From: a virus
DNA: 64,000 nucleotides
IMG/VR virus record: IMGVR_UViG_3300048014_000353
Coordinates: 1-64,000 of that record
Direction: 5' to 3' (one strand)
Positions 34,370 through 44,826 of the stretch are shown here, in pieces (positions within the stretch are counted from its first letter, which is position 1; every line of letters starts with the position of its first letter). The notes beneath the pieces were generated by a model. The model had not been told where the DNA came from. It saw only the letters and a list, made by a program, of their open reading frames with translations, and ran no database searches. The position numbers and the translations under genes were made by a program.

Positions 34370-36018
34370 CAGTCCCACCGATCCAGTTCGTACGCCTGGG
34401 TCATCCCCCTGAAGTGCGCGCGCACGCGGAGACCACCCCCGCCGCCCGGTTTTTGCAGCGCGATCCCGCACGCGGTCGCCGACGTCGCCCCGGCGATCGT
34501 CTTGGTGCGCGAGTACGCCTCGAGCACCGCGCGCATCCCGTGGTACTCGCTCTTCAGAATCTCGGGCAAGAGCCCGAGGCCACAGTCTGCGCTCCGCAGA
34601 TCGCGCGCGCCTCGCAGAACGAAGAAAGCTCCCTCGCCGCGGTTGGTGAGATCACTCGTCCAGCACGACGGCTGCAACGTGACGCACTCCACCTCGGTCC
34701 AAGCTCCGGGCGTGAGGTTGAACGTGTGCGCCGGCGAGCCTCGGAGGTGGAAGTACCAACTCACCGGGTTGCGCTTCTCCGTGTGGTCCCACTGGAGGAT
34801 GGGAGGCGCCTCCGGATCGACAGCGGTCACGAACGCGAAGAACGGCGCCGGCATCGAAGGCGTGAGGACCTCGATGCGTTCGGCGTCCGGGAGCACGGTC
34901 CGCGCGAACTTCTCCCACGTGAGCACCTGCGGAGCGGTGACCTCGAGCGGCGCGTTGGCCGCCTTCGCCTTCTTCAGGTGCCCGAAGAGCCCGGCGTCTG
35001 CCGCCGCCGTGGCTGGCGGACCGGGCCGCCAGAGCGCGTGCGGGAGCACGTCCTCGAGCAGAGCGTACCGACGCGCGAAGGCGCCGCCGCTGGCGAGCAT
35101 CGCCATCTGCCGTTCGGCCGCCGCGATCTGCCCGTCGGTGGGGGCCGCCTGCGGCCGCCGGTACTGCGCGGGGTTCATCTTCCCGTCGAACGCGCTCTTG
35201 ATGTCCGCGGCCGACTTGTTCGCCGCGAGATCGTCGAGCAACGTTCCGATCATCGTCGTCCGAACGTGGCAGAAGCCTGCGGGCGCGGTCGCCACCGCGC
35301 GCCACACGAGGTTCTCGCGGCGCGTCCGGTCCGCGGTCGCCTTCCGAGCGTTCTGCAGCGCGAGCAGCCACTCGGCGACCGCGATGCACGACTCTGAGCG
35401 GTACAGGTCCCCGCGCGTGAGGAGGGCGTGGGCCTTCTCGACGAGCTCCAGCGGGTACTCCCCGAGCGCCCGGGAGAGCGTCTGAAAGTCCTGGCCCTTC
35501 TCGGCCATCGCTTGGTCGGCTGAATGGATCGATCCACGGTAGATGCGGTCGAAGCCGGGCTCGACGTGCATGTGGTGCCAGACGCCCCCCTCGGCTTTGG
35601 GGCTCGCGTTCGCCGGGAGCCCCCACACTTTCTCACTCGAAAGGAACACGCCGCGGACGAGCGCGCGGGACACGCGGGTGCGCACAGCGCGGATCGAGGT
35701 CGAGAAGAACGGCGGAGGAATCGCCATGCTCCAGAGGAGCGACGTGGTTTCACCCTTCTCGTCGATGCGGACGAGGCCCCCGAAGTGGTCGACAAAGCGA
35801 CGGCACGCGCGACACTCGTAGTGCGCGCGCCGGTACGCAGGCAGCACTCCGAGGAAGAGATCGTACAGACCGACCCCCATGCTGGTCGTGAACAAGGGCT
35901 CGTCTTTGGGAACGTTCCCCAGCCGCAACGCGTTGAGCAGGAGCGTGAGGAGGTGCTGGTAGTCCTCGTCTTCGCTCGAGTGGCGGGTGTCGGCCGCGAG
36001 AGATCCGATCGTCGTCAT
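34369..36018 (-). CDS. Large conserved phage protein of unknown function
   Basis: 549 aa; HYECRACRRFVDHFGGLV, WHHM, GFCHVRTTMIGTLL, KMNPAQYRRP. Confidence 0.7.
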   Translation of the reverse strand: MTTIGSLAADTRHSSEDEDYQHLLTLLLNALRLGNVPKDEPLFTTSMGVGLYDLFLGVLPAYRRAHYECRACRRFVDHFGGLVRIDEKGETTSLLWSMAIPPPFFSTSIRAVRTRVSRALVRGVFLSSEKVWGLPANASPKAEGGVWHHMHVEPGFDRIYRGSIHSADQAMAEKGQDFQTLSRALGEYPLELVEKAHALLTRGDLYRSESCIAVAEWLLALQNARKATADRTRRENLVWRAVATAPAGFCHVRTTMIGTLLDDLAANKSAADIKSAFDGKMNPAQYRRPQAAPTDGQIAAAERQMAMLASGGAFARRYALLEDVLPHALWRPGPPATAAADAGLFGHLKKAKAANAPLEVTAPQVLTWEKFARTVLPDAERIEVLTPSMPAPFFAFVTAVDPEAPPILQWDHTEKRNPVSWYFHLRGSPAHTFNLTPGAWTEVECVTLQPSCWTSDLTNRGEGAFFVLRGARDLRSADCGLGLLPEILKSEYHGMRAVLEAYSRTKTIAGATSATACGIALQKPGGGGGLRVRAHFRGMTQAYELDRWD

Positions 36019-36944
36019 GGTGCGCCTCTCCGTCGTTCCCACGAGATAGCGCGCGCAAGGCGAGGCCGTCGATTCGGTACTCCATGGGCCGCGGTCGAAT
36101 CTCGCCCGGGGGCAGGGGAGGGGTCACCTCAGGACGAGGTTTTGGTCTTCGAGCTGTCGAACCCGCATGCGGGGTTCCTCGACCTGGGCTTCGAGCGACT
36201 GCACCTGCCGATGCAGGCGCACGACGTCTAAGCCTTCTCGGTGGTGATGGCCTTGACCTTCGGCTCGCCGACCGTCTCGACCCGTGGGCAATTCTTAGGC
36301 GCTATGCCGTTCGACCAGCCGTCCACCGCCAGCGCGGAGCGCAGAACACCAAGTGCGCTCTCCTTGGCCTGCTTGTGCACCTGCGCGACGGTGCAGTCCT
36401 CGCCCCACGAGTCCGGCACCTGGATACGAAGGGTGACGTCGACCGTCGCGTAGGCTGAGACCTTGCCGCTCACGGCGCCTCCGTTGCACCGGTCGGCTCC
36501 GAAGCCGCCGCGTCGAGGTCCGCCAGGTATTTCCGCATCAGCGCGATGTCCTGCTCCCGAAAGACCACGTGCAGCCGCGCGTCGCCTCCGAGGTGGAAGA
36601 TCTCCTTGCCGGTCTGCGTGATCTCGATCACCCCTCCGAGCTCGCGGTAGGTGTCGAGCGTCTGCTGGAAGCAGAGCCGGTTGTAGACGCGCTCCCCCAG
36701 CGTCGGGCACGACTTGATCAGCTCGTTGTATCCGACGAGCGTGGCGAGGCACCGGTGCCGGATGATTTGCTCTCGACGTTTTGCGTCGTCGGCCGTGGCT
36801 TCCTCGAAGAGATCGGGCGCGTTCTCTCCCAAGAGAATCGCCAGCGCTTTCTGGTCCTCTGACGAGAGCGCCTCACTGCGCGGGCTGCTCGCGAGGTAGG
36901 CAAGCCGCGCGCGCTGTTCCGGGCTCAGGGTCGTCGCAGGCTTG

Positions 36945-37376
36945 TCATCCAGCATGGTCCAGCCTCCGGGACGTGTCGCGTTCGGGGGAAAGGTCGCGCG
37001 TCGAGATGCGCTCCGCCCCCGCGGGCACGTCTTGCTCGCTTCCGAGAACGTGTACGCCGTAGCCAATAGGAGCCGCACGCGAAATCAGGTCGACGACCGC
37101 CATCGTTCCGACGACCTCGTCGCAGACGACGTAGAGCGAGCCCCATTCCTCGTCGTGCGCGCTCACGAAGAGCGACCGGACCCCTGGGACCTTCGCGAGC
37201 CCGTGGAACCGTCGCTGCATGCGTTCGCTGGCGCGTGCGCGGTCGGACTCGGGCACCGCCTCGGCGCGGAGCTCGGCGGTCAACGCTCGGCGCGTGAGCA
37301 CCAGCGCGCGCCACCGAAGGGCGACGCTCGCGGTCCAGAACAAGACCCCGATCGCGAAAAGCACCCATGCGCTCAT
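36945..37376 (-). CDS. Membrane-anchored hypothetical protein
   Basis: N-terminal hydrophobic helix. Confidence 0.55.
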   Translation of the reverse strand: MSAWVLFAIGVLFWTASVALRWRALVLTRRALTAELRAEAVPESDRARASERMQRRFHGLAKVPGVRSLFVSAHDEEWGSLYVVCDEVVGTMAVVDLISRAAPIGYGVHVLGSEQDVPAGAERISTRDLSPERDTSRRLDHAG

Positions 37377-38836
37377 CGGTCGTCGTCCTGGCGTTCGTAA
37401 TACTCGCCCTCGGGCAGATCCTCGAAGCGGGTGTACCGCGCGTCGAACTTCACCTTGACCGTGTCGGTCGCGCCGCTGCGTTGCTTGGCGACGATGATCT
37501 CCGCGACCCCCGGCTCCTTCGACTTTTCCTTCATGTAGTAGTCGTCGCGGTAGAGAAGGACGACGTTGTCGGCGTCCTGTTCAATGGCGCCCGATTCACG
37601 GAGGTCTGCTAGACCAGGTCGCTTGTCACCGCGCGACTCGGTCCCGCGATTGAGCTGGGAGAGCACCACGAACGGAAGGTTGCTCTCCTTCGCGAGCCCC
37701 TTCAGCCCTCGGGTGAGGGCCGAGATCTGCTGCTCGCGATTGTCCTCGTCCCCCGGCGCCATGAGCTGCAGATAGTCGATGACGACCAGGCCCAGCCCTT
37801 TGGGGAGTCGGGCGCGGTCGGCCTCGCTCGCGCGCTCATAGATCCGCGCGATCTCCGCTTGCTTCCGTCGCACGCGCGCCCGGATATCGAGCAGCCCCAT
37901 CGACGGCTTGTCGTCCACCCAGATGGGGAGCCTGGAAAGCTCGAGCGCCGCCGCCGACCAGCGTTCCCATTCGGTAGGATTGAAAATTCCCGTCCGAAGT
38001 TTCGACCAGTCCGCACGCCCACGGGCGCACGCCATGCGGTTGCAGATCTGGTCGGCCGGCATCTCGAGCGAGAAGAAGAGGACGCCCGCCGGCGGGCACT
38101 TGTGCGCGAGGTCCCCCTCGGCCACGTGGACCGCGATCTGCGCCGCATAGGAGGTCTTACCGAGCCCCGGCCGCGCGGCGACGATCGTGAGGTCCTTGTC
38201 ATGGAGACCGGAGGTCAAGCGGTCGAGTCGTGCCAGGCCGGTCGCTCGACCCGAAATCATGCGACCGCTCCCGGAAGTCTCGAGGATCTTCTTGCCGCTC
38301 GCCTTCAGCACGGCCTTGATATGAAAGCTGGTCTCGACCTGTCCCTCGTGCGCGATGGCGTAGATGCCGCTCTCGGCGCGTTCGATGTACTCGGCGGCGT
38401 TCTGCGACTCGACGTAGCCGCGGGCGGCGATCTGCTGGCACTCGAGGATGAGGCACCGGATGCGGTACTTGTCGGCGACGATGTTCGCGAGCGCGGGCGC
38501 GGTGTTGGCCGAATGCGCGGTCGTGAGCACCGTGCCCAGGTACGGCATTCCCCCCACCTGCGCGAGGCGGTCGCGGTCCTTCAGCCACGAACTCACCGTG
38601 ACCGCGTCGAACTTCTGCCCCTTGCCCCAAAAATCGAGGCAGGCCTCGGCGATGCGCCGGTTGGCCTCGTCGTAGAACATCTCCGGTCGAACGATGTCGG
38701 CGGCGAGGTCCACGAAGGCGTTGTCCACGAGCCAGAGATTCAGAAGCGCTCGCTCGGCGACCACGTCGTTCGGCGGCACGCGCCCCTCGAACGTGGCCGG
38801 GACCACATGCGGTACTTCTCGGCGGGCGTCACGCAT
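37373..38836 (-). CDS. dnaB: Replicative DNA helicase
   Basis: PPNDVVAERALL, IVAARPGLGKT, FFSLEM, VVIDYLQLM, LSQLNR, DLRESGAIEQDAD. Confidence 0.96.
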   Translation of the reverse strand: MRDARREVPHVVPATFEGRVPPNDVVAERALLNLWLVDNAFVDLAADIVRPEMFYDEANRRIAEACLDFWGKGQKFDAVTVSSWLKDRDRLAQVGGMPYLGTVLTTAHSANTAPALANIVADKYRIRCLILECQQIAARGYVESQNAAEYIERAESGIYAIAHEGQVETSFHIKAVLKASGKKILETSGSGRMISGRATGLARLDRLTSGLHDKDLTIVAARPGLGKTSYAAQIAVHVAEGDLAHKCPPAGVLFFSLEMPADQICNRMACARGRADWSKLRTGIFNPTEWERWSAAALELSRLPIWVDDKPSMGLLDIRARVRRKQAEIARIYERASEADRARLPKGLGLVVIDYLQLMAPGDEDNREQQISALTRGLKGLAKESNLPFVVLSQLNRGTESRGDKRPGLADLRESGAIEQDADNVVLLYRDDYYMKEKSKEPGVAEIIVAKQRSGATDTVKVKFDARYTRFEDLPEGEYYERQDDDR

Positions 38837-39845
38837 CGACGTCGTTGTCCAACTCGGCGAGCTTCGCAAGGGCCCAGGCGGGGTCTATCTGTTTGGCGTC
38901 GGGCGCAAAGACCGCCGGAACGGCGCGCGGCGCATTCGAGACGGCGACGGGCTTGGACAAGGTCCAGCCGTTCGCGTTGAGCCATTCCGCCCAACCCTTG
39001 GGCTGAAGGCCGCCCTTGACGTACGGGTTGCCTCGGTTTTGTTCCAAAAAGCGCCGCACGCTGAACCGCATCCGCGCGACGAGCTCCTCCCGCGAGAGCC
39101 CCGGCGGAGCGAAGCCGTTGATGGCCGCGAGGATATCGCCGACGGCCGAGTTGGGATTCACCAGCGCGTACCCGTCGAGAATCTCTTTCGCGATGTTCCC
39201 GAACGTCTCGAGCGCGAAGTGCGTTCCCGCGCCACGCGAGATGGGGGTCACTCCGCGGCGTTCTTCCGGGATCTCGGTCTTTGCTTCCGTCCGTTCGATT
39301 CGCCCATTCCCCCCCTCGGGGGGTAGGGGGGATCTGATCTCTTCTATTCTCTTCTCTTCTTTAGTGACCACTTGTGACACCGCGTGACTTTTCGTGACCA
39401 ACGGTCCCGATTCGTGACCATCCGTCACATCCCTTGACGAGCGGTCACGATCCGTGACTTCACCCTCATCGGGGTTTGAGCCGCCGACCGGTTGGCTTGC
39501 TCGGGTCCGGGCGCTGTCGCGCGACTTACGCTTCCTGGCCGCGTCGCTCTGCGTCGCGCTCTGCGCCTCGATGTGGCTCGGCAGAAGAACCGTCCCCGCG
39601 TCGGCGTTGAACACGATCCGCTCGGCCGCGACAAGTTCCTCAAGTGGAGCCTTCAACTCCTCCCACGGAGCGCGCAGGATGACCGCCACCCCCTTCAGGC
39701 CCAGCTTTCCGACCGCGAGCACGCCCGCGCGGTCCACCTTGCGGATCAATTCGAAGAACAGGCACCGCGCCTGCCAGGACAGCAGGAGGAACTCCGGGGT
39801 GTCGCGCGTGTAGACCTTCACGTACGCCTCGTCCTCCCACCTCAC
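38829..39845 (-). CDS. Phage replication initiator (O-like)
   Basis: GTG start at 39845 (MRWEDEAYVKVYTRDT); linker with iterons and EEKRIEE..SPLPP; lies directly upstream of dnaB. Confidence 0.75.
   Translation of the reverse strand: MRWEDEAYVKVYTRDTPEFLLLSWQARCLFFELIRKVDRAGVLAVGKLGLKGVAVILRAPWEELKAPLEELVAAERIVFNADAGTVLLPSHIEAQSATQSDAARKRKSRDSARTRASQPVGGSNPDEGEVTDRDRSSRDVTDGHESGPLVTKSHAVSQVVTKEEKRIEEIRSPLPPEGGNGRIERTEAKTEIPEERRGVTPISRGAGTHFALETFGNIAKEILDGYALVNPNSAVGDILAAINGFAPPGLSREELVARMRFSVRRFLEQNRGNPYVKGGLQPKGWAEWLNANGWTLSKPVAVSNAPRAVPAVFAPDAKQIDPAWALAKLAELDNDVDA
39361..39460. repeat. Iteron-like array with 10-bp period inside the initiator gene
   Basis: GTGAC/GTCAC/TTGAC cores at 39364, 39374, 39384, 39394, 39414, 39424, 39434, 39444, 39454. 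Confidence 0.75.
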
Positions 39846-40641
39846 GTCGTCCTCCACTTCAGTTCGATTTGCCGCAAGTCGGCCATCTTGCGAAGAGGCG
39901 CCCCGCACACCGCGCGGATGGCGCGGTACCAGGCGCTCGAGACCCGCCGCCGCCCCACGACGTCGTCGGGAAGGTAGTGGGACAGCATCTTGAGACGCGC
40001 GGCGCGCATCTCGTGGCGCACCTGCCGACGTGTCCAGAGCGACGCCTTGGCGACCTCCACGAGCCGGGCCACGCGGCGCTCGCACCGCAGCCGGAGCTCG
40101 GAGCGGATCGCGCGGGGCTTGGGGCCGGTGCCGATCGGGCGCGGCTTCTTCACTCGACCCTCTCGGGCCAAACGCCATCGTTGGCGACATGCGCCAAGGC
40201 CTGGAGCAGCTGCATGGCCAGCGAAAGCACCTGCAAGCCACGCATCGCGCGCACGTCGCGCGGCTCGAGATACACGATCGCCTCGGTCGCTCCCCACGCG
40301 ACGATCACGCGTCGGAGCGTGACCGGGTCCGACGGTGGCTCGTAGCCGCTCGCGAACGGGTTGAAGCGGGGCGGGGGCTCGATCCGGAGGGTCTCCCGAA
40401 TCGCGCCATCGGCGCTGCGCCAGACGAGGCCTGGCTCCCATGGGGGAGCCCACCAGCTTCCGAGGAACGTCATCGACACCACCGGGGGGGTCTCGCACAT
40501 GGGCGGGCGGGACGAGCGGCGGCACCTTGTAGACGAGGAGGTCCAGACGTCGATCGCCTTCGTCGGAGACGAGGCTCACCGGAACCCACTCGACCGTCTG
40601 CGACCAGGGGTTGGAGAGGTACATGCCCACCGGGGACCCGG

Positions 40642-42507
40642 TCACGGGGTCACCTCGGGCGTGACGACGGCTTCACCACGCGTCCGGAGATAGGCGGCTG
40701 CGAGCTTCTTCACGTGGTCGGTGTCCACTTCGAGCGCCTCGACGATGTCGGCGTTCGGGTCGAGTACGCCGTCGAGCTGCTGCTTCTTCACGCCGAGGAT
40801 GTCCATCACGATGGGGTCGCTCCCCTCGGCGCTCTCGAGGTAGTAAGCGAAGACGGGATGGGCCTGGCCGTCGCGGTACACGCGCGCGGTCCCCTGCATA
40901 TGGACGGCCGGCGAGAAGTCGAATTCGCCGTACACGACCCGCGAGCAAACGTTCTGCAGGCCGTCGAGCCCCGCGCCCGCGCGCAGACTCATGATCATCA
41001 GCCGCGTCTCACCCTCGATGAACCGCCGCTTGCTCTCCGCCTTCTGCTTGGGGGACTCTTCCCCCGTGAAGAACGCCGGGTGGAAGTCTCCGAGAAGCTT
41101 CGCCCAGATGTCGTAGACCGCGCGGTGCCAGCCGTACAGAAGGACGCTTCCGCCCTCGCTCCCATCGAGGAGCATTCGAATGAAGTGCGCGACCGCCGGC
41201 GCCTTCGCGATCCCCGTCGCCTGCCGGAGCTGCATCGAGAATTCGCGGCTCGCCATGAAGCGTTGGCCCTTGAAGGCGTCGCCGCTCCCGAGGATGATCT
41301 TCGCGAGCTCCGCGCACGTCCCCCCGACCTTGTCGAGCTCGTCGGGGTTGGCCTCGACGGGCTGAACGATGTTCTGGAGCTTCGGGAGCTCACGCCCGAC
41401 CTCCTCCACCGTCCGCCGAAGCATGAGGCCGTTGTCCCGAAGGAACGACCCGAACGCCTTGGGGTCCTTCACCCGATTCGTCCCGCCGCCCCACTCCCGC
41501 ATGAACTCGTCCCGCTCACCGAGCGCGCCCGGGCGCACGATCTCCAGCACATTGAAGAATTCGTCCCCGTGGTTGTGGATGGGGGTCCCCGAGAGCGCGA
41601 CGCACACCTGAACGCTCGCGCGGACGTAGGCCGCCGCCCGGTAGCGCGCCGTCTCCGGATGGCGGACCTCCTGCGCCTCGTCGAGCACGAACGACCGCAG
41701 CCCCATCTTCGAAAGGTGATGGCCCCAGCCCTGCAGCTTGTGCCAGTTGCCGATGATGACGTCGGGCATCGTCGTTGCGCGCCCGTGGTAGACGTCGTCG
41801 CGACTCGCCCAGCACCGCGTGCACCGCAGGCCGTGGTTCATCTGGGCGAAGACGTGCTTGCGGCACACGCGCCCCTTGGGGCCGACCGCCACATCGTACG
41901 GCGTCATCCCGTCGAGGACGTGGCACCGCAGGTTCGGCGCGAACTTGTCCACTTGCTGCGCCCATTGCGTCGGGAGCGCGGTCAGCGTCATGACGAGGGC
42001 GGGGAGCGCCTCGGGACGCGCGATCGTGCCGATGGCCGTCGCGGTCTTTCCGAGACCCATGCTGTCGGCAACGAGCAGCGACCCTGTTCGCACCGCGAGC
42101 GATGCGGCGACCTCTTGGTAGTCCCTCAGCGGAAGCGCCAATGCGAACGGCAGTCGCTCCACGCGCTGCGCGAGCGTGTCCTCGATGAGCTTCTCCTGCG
42201 CGACGTGCTCGCTCGCGCGCGCCCGAAGGCGCTTCTCGACCCGCGGCGCCATCTCGAGCGGGTAGCGCTCGATGAACCACACGAGGTCGCGCGCGACGTC
42301 CATCGTGTCCGACAGATGCAGCGCGCCGAAGTCACCGGCGCTGATGCGCGCGAACACGCGCTTCAGGCGGAGGCAGACGTCGGGCGTCGCCTCGATCGCC
42401 CACTTCTCTTGGTCCGCGTCGTAGGAGATCGTGCCGTAGGTTTTCAAAACAGCCCCGTAGGAAGATGCACGGCGAGAATCGCCTTGCCGTTGAGGGAGGG
42501 AGGACAC
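40642..42507 (-). CDS. SNF2-family helicase
   Basis: LVADSMGLGKT, VLDEAQ, LSGTPIHN, MLRRT, LRAGAGLDGLQ, QGTARVYRDGQ. Confidence 0.9.
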   Translation of the reverse strand: MSSLPQRQGDSRRASSYGAVLKTYGTISYDADQEKWAIEATPDVCLRLKRVFARISAGDFGALHLSDTMDVARDLVWFIERYPLEMAPRVEKRLRARASEHVAQEKLIEDTLAQRVERLPFALALPLRDYQEVAASLAVRTGSLLVADSMGLGKTATAIGTIARPEALPALVMTLTALPTQWAQQVDKFAPNLRCHVLDGMTPYDVAVGPKGRVCRKHVFAQMNHGLRCTRCWASRDDVYHGRATTMPDVIIGNWHKLQGWGHHLSKMGLRSFVLDEAQEVRHPETARYRAAAYVRASVQVCVALSGTPIHNHGDEFFNVLEIVRPGALGERDEFMREWGGGTNRVKDPKAFGSFLRDNGLMLRRTVEEVGRELPKLQNIVQPVEANPDELDKVGGTCAELAKIILGSGDAFKGQRFMASREFSMQLRQATGIAKAPAVAHFIRMLLDGSEGGSVLLYGWHRAVYDIWAKLLGDFHPAFFTGEESPKQKAESKRRFIEGETRLMIMSLRAGAGLDGLQNVCSRVVYGEFDFSPAVHMQGTARVYRDGQAHPVFAYYLESAEGSDPIVMDILGVKKQQLDGVLDPNADIVEALEVDTDHVKKLAAAYLRTRGEAVVTPEVTP

Positions 42508-42812
42508 GCCGACGCGAGGCGGGCGCGCGTCGTCACGAGCACCAGCTCGGTCACGGCGTCGAACTCCGCGTACCGCGCGAGTTGCCGGAGTAGATCGTTG
42601 GACGAGGAGGTCATCTTCACCTCGACCCCGATGCGGCCGACCATGAAGTCGATGCGGTCTTTGCGCGACAGGACGACTTCGCGCTCGAACGCCATCACGT
42701 CCTCGGTGAACGCTTTGGCGATCCCCTCCTGAAGGGTGCGCTCGTCGGGCGCGCGGAACCGGCGACGCCGCAGCGCCACGCCGATCTTGAGCGCGAGATG
42801 GCTCGGCGTCAC
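42444..42812 (-). CDS. Small PD-(D/E)XK-like nuclease
   Basis: FEREVVL...RIDFMVGRIGVEVK...RQLARYA. Confidence 0.7.
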   Translation of the reverse strand: MTPSHLALKIGVALRRRRFRAPDERTLQEGIAKAFTEDVMAFEREVVLSRKDRIDFMVGRIGVEVKMTSSSNDLLRQLARYAEFDAVTELVLVTTRARLASACPPSLNGKAILAVHLPTGLF

Positions 42813-43444
42813 GGCACGACCACCTTTCCGAAACGCGTGAACACTCTCTGGAACGAGCGCGTCATCACCGGCCCCTCGGGGCCGATCGGCGGCAGGAGCA
42901 CAAGCACGTTCGCGTGGGTCGGCGCGTCGCCGGCGACAAGGCCGGGCGGCGGCGGCTCGTCCACCTCTCCTACGAAGAGGGCCGACTGCCGGAGCTTGCT
43001 AGCAGGCTCCTCGGTCGCGACCCAGAACGGGATGCGCTCACGCGGAATGCAGAAGGGGAAGTCGAGCGGGATCGGGCCGGTCGGCCGGTTCTGGGTCGAC
43101 TGGAGGATCTCGATCGAGAACCCGAGGAACATGGCCGCGCCGACCCGGCGCGCGTGCCACTCGGCCGCGAGGCGAAACCAGAACGCCTTGGCGAGGCTGC
43201 GCTCATTGTCGGTGGAGCCGCCCGGGGGGTTCAACCAAGCTGTCCGTGAGGTCCAGTCGCAGCCCCGGCGAAGTGAGTTGTCCCGCTGGGTGTAGAAGCG
43301 CGCCGCGCGCACCATCTCGTTGGCTTGCGCGCAGCTCGCCGGGTCGAGTTCGATGCCGCCCAAGACCTCGCGCGCGGCGTCGAGATAGTTCTGGGGTGTG
43401 TAGTGGTGGACCGACTCGGAAGAGTGCTTCGCGTTCGGCGCCAT
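42809..43444 (-). CDS. Phage DNA N6-adenine methyltransferase (Dam-like)
   Basis: HYTPQNYLDAAREVLGGIELDPAS...WLNPPG (NPPY replaced by NPPG). Confidence 0.75.
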   Translation of the reverse strand: MAPNAKHSSESVHHYTPQNYLDAAREVLGGIELDPASCAQANEMVRAARFYTQRDNSLRRGCDWTSRTAWLNPPGGSTDNERSLAKAFWFRLAAEWHARRVGAAMFLGFSIEILQSTQNRPTGPIPLDFPFCIPRERIPFWVATEEPASKLRQSALFVGEVDEPPPPGLVAGDAPTHANVLVLLPPIGPEGPVMTRSFQRVFTRFGKVVVP

Positions 43445-44109
43445 CACGCGCAACCCTTCAGCGACGACTGGCCCTTCTCGTAGAAGGTGACCGCGCGCAT
43501 CGGGTATCCAAACCCCATGGAGAGACCAAACGCCTTGACGAAGACGCAGCCCTTCGGGGCGTTCGGCACGATGTAGTGCACGAACCCGATTCGCCCGTTC
43601 GGACACACGACACGCGCGGCCTCGCGAAGGAGATGCGAGGGAAGCGGGTAGCCCGTGCCGTACAGCTCCTTCGCGTAGTGCTTGGTGTACGGAGGGTCGA
43701 GAAGCACGCCCGCCATTGACCCGGTCGCGAAGGGGAGATGTCGTCCATCGGCGACGATGTCCGGCTTCGCTTCCGGTCGGATGTCCACGCGAATGCCTTC
43801 GCCCTTTGGCAGACCCCCCGAGCAAACGTGCAGAAGCTCGCTCCGGTCACACTTCAACCACGGGAGGACCTTCGTGATGAACGACGCCGGGTACATGCCG
43901 AGCACGCCGGTCTCTTCGACCGGGTCGCCGAGGTCCTCGAAGAGCATCGAGATGACCGGCCGGCGGGGAGTCCGTCCCTCGATGTTCACCGGGAACGAGG
44001 TTCCGTCGGGTCGCTGCACGCGCGCTCGCTTTGGATTTGGCGTGCGATTGCCGGTCATCGGCCGCTCGCGCCCGGGATGCGGGATGTCCCGCTTTGCGGC
44101 GTGCTTCAC
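43444..44109 (-). CDS. Amino-methyltransferase-like protein
   Basis: GMYPASF, LHVCSG, VDIRP...ADGRHLPF...VLLDPPY. Confidence 0.75.
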   Translation of the reverse strand: MKHAAKRDIPHPGRERPMTGNRTPNPKRARVQRPDGTSFPVNIEGRTPRRPVISMLFEDLGDPVEETGVLGMYPASFITKVLPWLKCDRSELLHVCSGGLPKGEGIRVDIRPEAKPDIVADGRHLPFATGSMAGVLLDPPYTKHYAKELYGTGYPLPSHLLREAARVVCPNGRIGFVHYIVPNAPKGCVFVKAFGLSMGFGYPMRAVTFYEKGQSSLKGCA

Positions 44110-44603
44110 GGGCCACCAAACGGGATCGGCGTGCGGTCGTACCCGATGTAGAGCGGGTGCTGGGGCGTCCCGTCGCCGTTCAGTTGGAGCGCGAACGTCT
44201 CGCGCCCCGCCGCGTTCAAAAGTCCGAGCACGTGCCTGGCACGCGCCGGCTCGGCGTTCTTCCCCCAGCCGCAGATCACCGGTCCCCCGGCGGTCCCCTC
44301 CACGATGTAGCGGTCGTTGTCAGGGCCGACCGGGTCCTTCACGGTCTTCAGCAACCCCGGGTCCGTCGAGACCCAGGCGTACAGATTCACGATGCGCACG
44401 CGCCGAAAGCCGAGCCTTTGGGCAAAGCCCTGGATCTTGCGACTCGTTGGGTCCTCGATGCCGTCCTCGGCCGCCTTGCTCGGGTTGAGCATGCAGAAGG
44501 ACACCACGTCCCCCTTGTGCTGCTGGAAGAGGTCACCGGTCGGCGCGACCTCGCGCTCGAGCAGGTAGCGGTACGACCGGCAGAGCGAGAAGACTGCGCT
44601 CAT
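44106..44603 (-). CDS. DUF1643 family protein
   Basis: CRSYRYLL...FCMLNPS...DPTSRK...NLYAWVSTDP...CGWG...PQHPLY. Confidence 0.85.
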   Translation of the reverse strand: MSAVFSLCRSYRYLLEREVAPTGDLFQQHKGDVVSFCMLNPSKAAEDGIEDPTSRKIQGFAQRLGFRRVRIVNLYAWVSTDPGLLKTVKDPVGPDNDRYIVEGTAGGPVICGWGKNAEPARARHVLGLLNAAGRETFALQLNGDGTPQHPLYIGYDRTPIPFGGP

Positions 44604-44826
44604 GCCGCGCTCCATCGCCCACGGCGCTGGCCGTGGTGCGTGTCGTACTCGACGCGCAAAAGGCCCTCGCGCACAAGGAGTGCGAGGGCGTTCGAGCACG
44701 ACCCAAGCAGGTTGTTCTCGCGCTCGATCTCCCGCTTCGTCGCGCGCGGGTGGTCCTGCACGTACGCGAGCACCGCCGCCCGCGTGGGGGCGATGCGCTT
44801 GTAGTCCGTCGCAACGTTCTCGGGGT

